This document shows positions 42,628 to 50,293 of a stretch of DNA of 64,000 nucleotides, in pieces. How positions within the stretch are numbered: the first letter of the stretch is position 1; each line of letters opens with the position of its first letter. This DNA is from Gemmatimonadota bacterium (GTDB lineage: Bacteria; Gemmatimonadota; Gemmatimonadetes; Palauibacterales; Palauibacteraceae). A program made the position numbers and the translations under genes. The DNA is taken from contig JBDHLB010000002.1 of NCBI GenBank assembly GCA_039586095.1, forward strand, positions 64,300-128,299. The letters are read 5' to 3'. The notes below the pieces were generated by a model, which did no database searches, was not told the DNA's origin, and worked only from the letters and a program-made list of their open reading frames with translations.

Positions 42628-42795
42628 TCACTCTTTGCACCAGAGCGCAGCGTCGGCCGCGGGGTGATCCTCCCGGTCGAAGCCGATCGCCTCGGACCAG
42701 TCCTCGGTGCGATAGTAGAACAAGGGATCCTCTCTTCGAGGATCCATGTCCAGCATGTAGCCGTCGGGCCAGCCCTTGAGTACCGCCAAGACCGT
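42628..42795 (-). CDS. Coding-like 55-codon frame directly continuing the upstream gene past its TGA; either a small independent ORF or a read-through/pseudogene extension
   Basis: 'TVLAVLKGWPDGYMLDMDPRREDPLFYYRTEDWSEAIGFDREDHPAADAALWCKE*' is in frame with 42796-43497 and strongly GC3-biased. Candidate own starts are TTG 42789 (GGGGG 9 nt upstream) and ATG 42756. Confidence 0.35.
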   Translation of the reverse strand, partial: TVLAVLKGWPDGYMLDMDPRREDPLFYYRTEDWSEAIGFDREDHPAADAALWCKE

Positions 42796-43497
42796 TCACC
42801 CCCGCGCCGGGAAATTCGGATCGAGAATCGTCCGCAGTAGGCCGTTGCGGAACTCCGCACCCGGTGCGAAGAGACTGCCCATCGTGTAGAGACGGTGCCG
42901 GCGTGTGGTACGCACTTCGTCCAGGGCCACGGTCCCGTCTTCCCAGATGACCCGCGTGCGGACGGTGTCGCCTCGCACCGTGTATCGAATCTTGTCTCCC
43001 GAGCGCAGCGGGGCGGAACGCAGGAAAGCGAACATCTGATCCGTGTCTTCGGTCAGGGCTTCCGCTTCCTCCTCGGTCAGCAGGTCCTCACCGACCATCA
43101 CCTCGAGCGCGTCGTCTCGGCCACCCGTGAACTGCCGGTGCGATACCGAGCGAAGAAACAGCATGCTCACGTCGGCTGAGGGAGTGCGGAGATACGCGTC
43201 CGCGATCGAATCCTCCAGCGCCGGCGCTCCGGGCCCCGAATCGACGTCGTGGTAGGCCGCGACCAGACGATCGACCTCTCGACCCACTTCGTCCGCGACG
43301 GTCACATCGAGCTGAATCACGTCGACCTTGAGGAACGTCCGCTCGTGCTTGTACTGGATGCGGGCGAAGGGAGAGGGGGCTTCCTGCACGTCTCGCGCAC
43401 GCTCCACAGCCGGTGCGGGGTGCGGCGCCAGGAGCTGGGGCACGACGAAGGGGAGAAGCACCCCGATCAGCCAAGAACGTCTCATCTGTCCAGCCAT
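42796..43497 (-). CDS. Hypothetical secreted protein (233 aa)
   Basis: ATG 43497 (or 43485). N-terminal signal-like 'MRRSWLIGVLLPFVVPQLLA'. No recognisable motif. The track ORF is over-extended upstream. Confidence 0.6.
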   Translation of the reverse strand: MAGQMRRSWLIGVLLPFVVPQLLAPHPAPAVERARDVQEAPSPFARIQYKHERTFLKVDVIQLDVTVADEVGREVDRLVAAYHDVDSGPGAPALEDSIADAYLRTPSADVSMLFLRSVSHRQFTGGRDDALEVMVGEDLLTEEEAEALTEDTDQMFAFLRSAPLRSGDKIRYTVRGDTVRTRVIWEDGTVALDEVRTTRRHRLYTMGSLFAPGAEFRNGLLRTILDPNFPARG

Positions 43498-43563
43498 CGA
43501 CCTCGCAAGCTTGGTGGAACGGACGGGCCGGTAATCTACCGTCTGGCCGATCCCCTCGCCGCC

Positions 43564-43614
43564 GGGCTGGAGCCTGCCGCGGGGCGGGCTGGAGCCTGTC
43601 GCAGGGCTTGAGCC
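43564..43614. repeat. Tandem 22-bp direct repeats (2.5 copies) in the divergent promoter region
   Basis: gggctggagcctgccgcggggc (43564-43585) and gggctggagcctgtcgcagggc (43586-43607) differ at 2 positions. A partial third copy gggcttgagcc follows. A second 11-bp tandem pair, gggctccgg(aa/ga), lies at 43714-43735. Confidence 0.9.
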
Positions 43615-43759
43615 GGATGTCGAACCGCTGTCGTAAAATCGGTGAGAAGGTGCGTCCGCGTTCGGCGTGCTTCGGGCTGGCGAGCGGACGGCCTCTGATG
43701 CGATTGTTACAGAGGGCTCCGGAAGGGCTCCGGGAGCGCCCCGGGCAGCAAGGTGTTCG

Positions 43760-44677
43760 ATGAGTGCGACGGTCGGCGCGACTGAGCGACTGGAACACAT
43801 CCGACGAGCGTTGGCGCCGCGTTACGCGGTCCACGGGGAGTTGGGCCGCGGCCGGATGTCCACCGTCTACCTGGCCCACGATCACCGACACGAGCGAGCC
43901 GTAGCGATCAAAGTCCTCCGGCCCGACCTGGCCGCTACGTTAGCCGGTGAGCGCTTCGCTCGAGAGATCCTGATCTCCGCTCACCTCCATCACCCGCATA
44001 TCCTCACGCTGCTGGACTCGGGCGTGAAGCGGGGCTTGTTCTACTTCGTGCTTCCCTTCGTGGAGGGAGAGAGTCTGGACGATTGTCTGGCTCGGACCGG
44101 ACCCCTTTCGGTCGAGGAGGCGGTCCAGCTCGCGGGCGAGGTGGCCGATGGGCTCGACTACGCGCACCGGCACGGCGTCATCCACCGGGACATCAAGCCC
44201 AGTAACATCCTGCTGTCGGAGGGGCACGCGATGATCGGCGACTTTGGCGTCGCCCGTGCGTTGAGCACGGCGTCCGTGTCCCCCCCGACCCCGGTCGGTC
44301 AGATCATTGGCACCCTCAGCTATCTGAGCCCGGAGCAGGCGACCGGCGTACGTGCGGATGCTCGGACCGACGTGTACAGCCTCGGTTGTGTCCTGTACGA
44401 AATGCTGGCTGGAGCCCCCCCCTACCCCGGCTCGTCGCCACAGGAGGTCCTGTCTGGCCATCTGACGCGGCCCGTGCCGTCGGTCCGCCAGGCGCGGCCC
44501 GAGGTGGCACCTGCCCTCGATCGGGTCATCAAGCGGGCGATGGCCAAGCATCCCGTCGAGCGATTCGAGACAGCAGAGACGTTCCGGCAAGCGCTGAAGG
44601 CCCCCGAGAAGCAGCCGAACTTCCGTCTCCCTCGCTGGCCGTCTATCAGAAGCCGGTTTCCGGGCTGGCGTCGGTAG
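43760..44677 (+). CDS. Ser/Thr protein kinase, catalytic domain only (305 aa)
   Basis: 'GRGRMSTVYLA', 'AIKVL', 'HRDIKPSNILL', 'DFGVAR' and 'SPEQA'. No TM helix or sensor domain follows. Confidence 0.85.
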   Translation: MSATVGATERLEHIRRALAPRYAVHGELGRGRMSTVYLAHDHRHERAVAIKVLRPDLAATLAGERFAREILISAHLHHPHILTLLDSGVKRGLFYFVLPFVEGESLDDCLARTGPLSVEEAVQLAGEVADGLDYAHRHGVIHRDIKPSNILLSEGHAMIGDFGVARALSTASVSPPTPVGQIIGTLSYLSPEQATGVRADARTDVYSLGCVLYEMLAGAPPYPGSSPQEVLSGHLTRPVPSVRQARPEVAPALDRVIKRAMAKHPVERFETAETFRQALKAPEKQPNFRLPRWPSIRSRFPGWRR

Positions 44678-44741
44678 CACGGGCTGGAGCGGCGCGCCAG
44701 AGACTTCTCACGAGAAACAGGTTTGAGTGCGGCGCTCCGCC

Positions 44742-47048
44742 CTACTGCGCCTGCAGCTCGGCCAGTTTGGCGCGTGCTTCGACGGCCGGCCGGAACGCGC
44801 GATCGGCGTCCGCCCACGTGTCGAGAGCGCTTTCGAGGTACGTGACGGCGGCCTCTCGGTTGCCTTGGGCCTCTGCCACGAGCGCCAGCTCGTAGAGCGA
44901 CTTCGGGTCGGCAGGCCGGGTCAGAAGGGCGCGGTGCAGCGCGTCGGCGGCGTCGCTCAGGTTTTCCAGTTTCCGGTGGCAGCGCCCGAGATCGCGGTAG
45001 CGGTTTATCTGCCGCGGGGCCTGGGCCAGCGCCTCGTGGTAATGCGTAAGCGCGGTCTCGCAGTCATCCCGGAGCTCGGCGACCCTGCCCCGGGTCATCT
45101 CGATGACGGTCCGCAGGTCGCCCACCCCCAGTGCCTCGTAGGCCTGTTCCATGTCTGGAAGCGTTCCCCCAAGCCCGTCCGCATCTCCCGCGATGTCGTG
45201 CACGCTCGCCTCGGTACGTGCGACGATCAAGTTGTACGGGGCCGGGATCTGCGCACGGGCCGCTGCGAGAGAGTCGAGGGCGACATCGGATCGGCCGATC
45301 AGTGCATAGAGATCGAGGCCTCGCTGATTTCGGACCATGAGGAGCAATGGCGGCGATGTGAGCGCGGACGCGGCGAGTTCGCGACGGCGCTGCTGCAGCG
45401 CCTCTCGGATCCGGCCTCTCCACTCGTAATATTGACCCCAGGACTGGTGCAGCTCGGTCTGTTGAGCCGGAGTGCGTGCGGCCGCGAGCGTCGATTCGAA
45501 GGTCGACTCCGCCTCCTCGAACTTGGCCTCGTCCGCCAGCAGGATGGCCTTCTGAGTGAGAGCGGCGACGTTCTCCGGATCGATCAAGAGCGCCTGCTCC
45601 AGCTCGGTCCTCGATGCATCGCGATTGCCCATCAGCCGGTGCAGTTCGACGAGAGCCAGGCGCGACTCGGATTCCTCGGGATGCAGTTCGACGTGCCGGG
45701 CGTAGGCGTTCAGGGCCTCATCGAACCGACCGGCCCGCTCTTCCAGCTGGCCGATTCTTTGGAGCAGGATGGTCCTGGCGGGATCCAACTCCAGCGCCCG
45801 GCGGTAGCTGGCCAGCGCGTCGTCGATGCGGCCCGCGAGGCTCGCGTACAGGGCTCGCACGATGTGGGCGTCGATCTCCTCCGGGTAAAGCTCCGCGCGC
45901 ATCTCGGCGACGGCGACCGCCTTATCGATGTTCTGATCGACGGAATAATGGTATTCGGCTCTTATCTTGAACCTGTCACGCTCGGCCAGGCGGTAATCGT
46001 GCTCGAGGCCCGCGGCGAGCACCTGCTGCGCCTCGGGTACCCGGCCCGCCAGCAGGTACGCGTTGTAAAGAAGGAACTGGGCGTAGGCGAAGGTGGGGTC
46101 TTCAGCCACGGCTTGCTCGAGCAACGGCGTCGCACTCACCCAGTCCTCGTGTACCAGAGCCTCCACGAACGCCTGCGTGAAACTCTGGTACGCGCCGTCC
46201 GATTCGGTCAGCCTCTCCCGAATCGGCAGATCGACCACGCCTTCGAGATCGGTCTCGGGGATGCCGAGATCGATCCGCAAGACAGGGGTGAGCTCATCGA
46301 TCAGCGCGAGCGGATCGGCCCCAGCGACGGCGTGCTCCGCGACCAGTCGACCGGTGCGCGCGTCACGCAATGAGACCGACAGTGCCGTCGAATCTCCCGC
46401 TCCCTCGATACGCCCGTCGATAATGTGCCCGAGGTTGTACTTGTTCGCGATCTGCTGCTTGAGAGTCAGCGGGACATCCGTCCCCTCCGCGAGCCCGGCC
46501 TCCCGTAGCTCCTGGCCGAAAGCCTGCGGAGCGTACCAAACCGTCAGGAACGGGTCCTGGCTCAGGTCTATGGCGAGCGCGGTCGACGCGCCGTATTGCA
46601 ACCAGTCGAGAGATTCGTCGCCCGACTCGTTGTCCAGGAAGAAGAGCGCGACCTGGCGGCGGTACGCGGCCTTCGGGACCTGGCGCTCTACCGTGTTGCC
46701 CTCTTCATCTTCGACCACGACGGTCGTCGTGACGGCCCCCAGCGGCTTGCCCGAGAAGGCCGTCACGAGCACGACGGCCGCCAGCATCAGATTCGTCGGC
46801 ACGAAGGCTTTCTCCACACGCGACCAGCTGTCTCGTCCGGGCGCGCCGTGGTTGTACGCGACCAGGGCGATGCTGGGAAGCATCAGCAGGAGCAGTGCGC
46901 CGGTGAAATCGACCAGATGACCGGACAGCGCATAGCGCTCGGCAAGGAAATCGGTGAACTCGAGGAGGCCCCACGAGATCGCCAGGTAACCGCCCACGAT
47001 CTGCGGGAAGCGGCGTCTCATCAGCTCACGAAACGAAAACCGACTCAT
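44742..47048 (-). CDS. Membrane-anchored TPR-repeat protein with TolB-N-like juxtamembrane domain (768 aa)
   Basis: ATG 47048, 2 nt after the upstream stop. Three N-terminal TM helices, a ~200-aa alpha/beta domain, then multiple TPR-like repeats ('ALELDPARTILLQRIGQLEERAGRFDEALNAY' and others). Confidence 0.75.
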   Translation of the reverse strand: MSRFSFRELMRRRFPQIVGGYLAISWGLLEFTDFLAERYALSGHLVDFTGALLLLMLPSIALVAYNHGAPGRDSWSRVEKAFVPTNLMLAAVVLVTAFSGKPLGAVTTTVVVEDEEGNTVERQVPKAAYRRQVALFFLDNESGDESLDWLQYGASTALAIDLSQDPFLTVWYAPQAFGQELREAGLAEGTDVPLTLKQQIANKYNLGHIIDGRIEGAGDSTALSVSLRDARTGRLVAEHAVAGADPLALIDELTPVLRIDLGIPETDLEGVVDLPIRERLTESDGAYQSFTQAFVEALVHEDWVSATPLLEQAVAEDPTFAYAQFLLYNAYLLAGRVPEAQQVLAAGLEHDYRLAERDRFKIRAEYHYSVDQNIDKAVAVAEMRAELYPEEIDAHIVRALYASLAGRIDDALASYRRALELDPARTILLQRIGQLEERAGRFDEALNAYARHVELHPEESESRLALVELHRLMGNRDASRTELEQALLIDPENVAALTQKAILLADEAKFEEAESTFESTLAAARTPAQQTELHQSWGQYYEWRGRIREALQQRRRELAASALTSPPLLLMVRNQRGLDLYALIGRSDVALDSLAAARAQIPAPYNLIVARTEASVHDIAGDADGLGGTLPDMEQAYEALGVGDLRTVIEMTRGRVAELRDDCETALTHYHEALAQAPRQINRYRDLGRCHRKLENLSDAADALHRALLTRPADPKSLYELALVAEAQGNREAAVTYLESALDTWADADRAFRPAVEARAKLAELQAQ

Positions 47049-47050
47049 GC

Positions 47051-47830
47051 TTACCTCTCGCGCAACGCGCTCAGAATGGGTCGCCCGAAAGCGATCAGGC
47101 TTGCCCACGCTGTGAGCACGCCGGGCGCGAACAACGACGCGAACAGGACTGCCTCCCCGGCGTGCGATGCCTCCTGTGACACGAAGTACGCACCGGCCGG
47201 GACGAACAACAGGCAACACAGCGCGACCCACAGCAAGCCGGCCGTCTTCTGGTACGCCAGCAACAGCACGCCGAGCACGAGGCCGGCCAGAAGCACGGCG
47301 GGAATCGCAATGTGCCAGGCGATCCGTGCCTCGTAAGCGGTCACGAACGGGTACAGCGCCAGGGCGGCGGCGATATTGCAGATGATCGTCCAGCGGAGCA
47401 GTGACATGCGGCGTCCGCGCCAGTCGAGATCCTTGATCCGTCCTTCGAAGCGTTCGAACATCGCTCGCCCCGGCAGGCTCACGAGCAGCAACAGCGAGGC
47501 GACGAGCGCGATCGTCGGCCGTGTGGTCGACGCGCCGTACGTCTCGCCGAAGGTGAGCGCGACCGACCAGGGAAGCACGGCGATTCCAGTCGCGATCGCC
47601 ACCCAGCGTCCCCACGGCCGATCGAGCACGAGGCCCGCGATCGTGACGCCCAGCGGAAGCAGGAGCCAGCGCACGGCCGAGACGAGCTGGCGATCGGGTC
47701 CCACCGGCCCGAGCGGGTTCGACGTGATGATCAGTCCGCCCAACGCCGACAGAGCCAGAATGGCGATCGTCTTTCTCACTCCGACCATTTTGTAGACCTC
47801 GTGGCCTGGTCTGCCATCCAGCCTCCCCAT
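47051..47830 (-). CDS. Hypothetical polytopic membrane protein (about 6-7 TM)
   Basis: 259-aa ORF (alternative start 47788), hydrophobic throughout. No motif recognised. Confidence 0.6.
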   Translation of the reverse strand: MGRLDGRPGHEVYKMVGVRKTIAILALSALGGLIITSNPLGPVGPDRQLVSAVRWLLLPLGVTIAGLVLDRPWGRWVAIATGIAVLPWSVALTFGETYGASTTRPTIALVASLLLLVSLPGRAMFERFEGRIKDLDWRGRRMSLLRWTIICNIAAALALYPFVTAYEARIAWHIAIPAVLLAGLVLGVLLLAYQKTAGLLWVALCCLLFVPAGAYFVSQEASHAGEAVLFASLFAPGVLTAWASLIAFGRPILSALRER

Positions 47831-47874
47831 CGCTCGCCGCGTGCGAAGGTCGCTCGTCGGCTCGCTGTACCCCG

Positions 47875-48069
47875 CTAAAGCTCTACTTCTCCGCTCCTGC
47901 CGCCGTCTTTGCGGATGGCCTTCGCCACTTTGGGCAGAACCTCACGCAGGGCATCCAGCGAAGGGAAACGGAGCAGGACCTCCTCGAACCCACCGTTCTT
48001 CCCTGTCTGGCGACGGATGGTCACCGCCACCTTGTCGTTCTCATCCAGCTCCCAGGAATACGTGCTCAT
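47875..48069 (-). CDS. Small hypothetical protein (64 aa)
   Basis: ATG 48069, giving 'MSTYSWELDENDKVAVTIRRQTGKNGGFEEVLLRFPSLDALREVLPKVAKAIRKDG...'. It is first in the three-gene minus-strand string. The track ORF is over-extended. Confidence 0.5.
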   Translation of the reverse strand: MSTYSWELDENDKVAVTIRRQTGKNGGFEEVLLRFPSLDALREVLPKVAKAIRKDGGRSGEVEL

Positions 48070-48234
48070 GTTTAGCCGGATGAGGACGTGCGAAGGGACT
48101 GAGGAAGTAGGCAGGATCGAGGCGGAGCAGTGAGGCGGTGGCGAGTGCGCACGCTGGAAATGCGGCGCCCGCTGTGACAAACGAGGTCTGATCCGATTCC
48201 AGGCCCGGTGGGCAGCACGTGACGCGATACCACG

Positions 48235-49578
48235 TCAGTTGTCTCCTCGCATGTCGATCGGCAGGGGTGTCGACGGTGTGCTGCCCGCCAGCACGAGAAT
48301 GGCGTCGAACGCCCATATCGACCGCGCAAGACGATCGGGCACGTCATCCAGTCGTCCGGCCGACAGTAGAGGTCGCAGTGGTCGCATATCAAACAGCGTC
48401 CACTTCGTCTCATCCGTCGCCGTCATCAGCGGGGCAGCCCACTCGGAGTTGGCCGCGTCGACCGGCACGTTCATCCACTCGAAGACCTGCGGGTTGATCA
48501 CGGCGTGCTCGGTGCCCGGTCCGCCCACCACCATCAGATGGAAGGAGCGCTTGCCGATCGCGGTCGCAATCTCGGCGGCGAGGTTTCCGAGGTCGAACAC
48601 ATCGGTGTGCGTCCGACCGCGCATCATGTGGTTCCCGCCGAAGCGTAACATGACGCGCTCGGGCTCGTCCTCCTCCCAGGCCACCTGGGAAAAGTGGTCC
48701 ATGAAGACCTTCTTGTTCAGCTCCGCGCGCCTCAGGTTCGACTCGTAGGTGCGACCCGTCATAAACAGCTCGTTGATCTTCACGGTTTCGTACAGCGTGT
48801 GGAGGATGCGGTCCGCCTCCGAGCCAGGACTCGGTGCGAACGCCTCCCGGAGCGCGACGAACACCGAGTCCGGACCGCTGAACATCAGACTGGCACCCGG
48901 ATTCCTCGTCTCCAGCGCCTCGGCGAAACGGGCATCGGACAGCTCGAGCGCCCGATCGACCGATGCCTGTGCCTCCTCGCTCGGCGCCAGCTCCCGCAGG
49001 CGACGAAGCGCGAACCGATCCCCGACGATGTCGTAATCGAGCCCCCACAGGACAGCCGGCTCGCTGGCGGCCGACTCCACGACCTCGACCAGCATCTGCG
49101 CTTCCTGCTGCAGGTTAAAGAACAGGCCGCCGGGAGGGTGGAGGTTGAAGAACACGACCATCGACTCCAGCGCGAAGTCGTGCCTCGCCAGACCGTCGAG
49201 GGTGTCGGCCAAAGCGTGCCCCACCTCGATCGCCAGGTGCCGATACCCGGCGGGTTGCAGGGCAAGAAACAGAGCCGTCGTGATGAACGGGACCTGGGCG
49301 ATCCCGTGCTCCTCGCCGATCAGGAAGAAGATCGATTCCTCGCCCTCGCGGAGGAGAAGCTCCCCGCCGGGCCCTCCCAGGGTCAGATCGTCGTTCAGCC
49401 ACATCGTGCTGCGGTGCTCGCGGAGGGCCTGGGCGAGCGGATCTTCGGCTGTGCTCGCTGGCTGTGGTTCGGCGACGGCTGGCGGTCGGGATCCAGCAGC
49501 TTCCTGGGCGTGCGCCGTTGAGAGATCCGCGGCGGAAGCCGAGACAGCCAGCAGGGCGGCGGTGGTCATTCGTCGCAT
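48235..49578 (-). CDS. Secreted hypothetical protein, tentatively ChaN/erythromycin-esterase/Tiki-like superfamily
   Basis: ATG 49578 with GAGGTG 4 nt upstream. Signal peptide '...LSTAHAQE'. 'FFLIGEEHGIAQVP' and 'RFGGNHMMRG' resemble the GE.H / H motifs of that superfamily. This assignment is weak. Confidence 0.55.
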   Translation of the reverse strand: MRRMTTAALLAVSASAADLSTAHAQEAAGSRPPAVAEPQPASTAEDPLAQALREHRSTMWLNDDLTLGGPGGELLLREGEESIFFLIGEEHGIAQVPFITTALFLALQPAGYRHLAIEVGHALADTLDGLARHDFALESMVVFFNLHPPGGLFFNLQQEAQMLVEVVESAASEPAVLWGLDYDIVGDRFALRRLRELAPSEEAQASVDRALELSDARFAEALETRNPGASLMFSGPDSVFVALREAFAPSPGSEADRILHTLYETVKINELFMTGRTYESNLRRAELNKKVFMDHFSQVAWEEDEPERVMLRFGGNHMMRGRTHTDVFDLGNLAAEIATAIGKRSFHLMVVGGPGTEHAVINPQVFEWMNVPVDAANSEWAAPLMTATDETKWTLFDMRPLRPLLSAGRLDDVPDRLARSIWAFDAILVLAGSTPSTPLPIDMRGDN

Positions 49579-49701
49579 GTGGCACCTCGTCGTCACTACC
49601 GGGGTCAGCAGAATGGAGCGCGAAGCAGCGGCACGGCTCGAGCGATCAGGCTCTGGCCGGGTTCTGGCTCTCGTGGACCGATCAGGCTCTGGCTCGGGCG
49701 G

Positions 49702-50259
49702 TCAGCTGTTCGATCGGAAGAGCTGGGATCGGATTTTCCAGTCGCCGCCGTCCTTCTCGTAAACCGTCATGAAAAGACCCCGCTCCGTGCCCGCGTACAC
49801 CCCGCCCGTGTTCTTTAGGCGACGCTCGAAGCGGCCCAGCACGAAGGCCATCATGTCATCGACCTCGAAATCGAGGATGTCGACGGAGAGCCTCTCAGTG
49901 TTCGCGACCAGCTCTCCCAGATAAGCCTCGATCTCGTCACCGGTCCTGGCGAGGGAGCCTCCGCCGGGAGGGGCGGGAGGGGAGAGTACAGCGTCCTCCG
50001 TGTACAGGTCTCTGAGCGCACCCATGTCGCCGTCTGCCCACGCGCCTTCCCACTCTTCGATCGCTTCTGTGATTCCGGCGAGCGCATAACTGCGATACTC
50101 CGCCAAGCGGCGGTCGAAGCGGGCCTGGTTATCGCGGTGGCTGCCCCCCGGGATGTACTGGCCGGCCAGCGGCACCGTCCCGGCGGCGAACAGGCCGACG
50201 AGGGCGGACAGGATCTTCACTCTATAGTGCCACATGAATCGTCTCGTATTCCGCTTCAT
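49702..50259 (-). CDS. SnoaL-like/DUF4440 (NTF2-fold) protein with signal/anchor
   Basis: 'LRDLYTEDAVLSPP...' and 'RGLFMTVYEKDGGDWKIRSQLF' are typical NTF2-like patterns. The N-terminus is hydrophobic. Confidence 0.7.
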   Translation of the reverse strand: MKRNTRRFMWHYRVKILSALVGLFAAGTVPLAGQYIPGGSHRDNQARFDRRLAEYRSYALAGITEAIEEWEGAWADGDMGALRDLYTEDAVLSPPAPPGGGSLARTGDEIEAYLGELVANTERLSVDILDFEVDDMMAFVLGRFERRLKNTGGVYAGTERGLFMTVYEKDGGDWKIRSQLFRSNS

Positions 50260-50293
50260 TTCGTGCCGTGACAGGTCGAATCCGACCGGGTCC

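Noticed and set aside
42740-42798. Selenocysteine (SECIS-directed) decoding of the in-frame TGA at 42796-42798.
   Set aside because: I could not find a stable hairpin within ~40 nt downstream of the TGA. TGA is used as an ordinary stop by many genes in the window, and no sel genes are visible.
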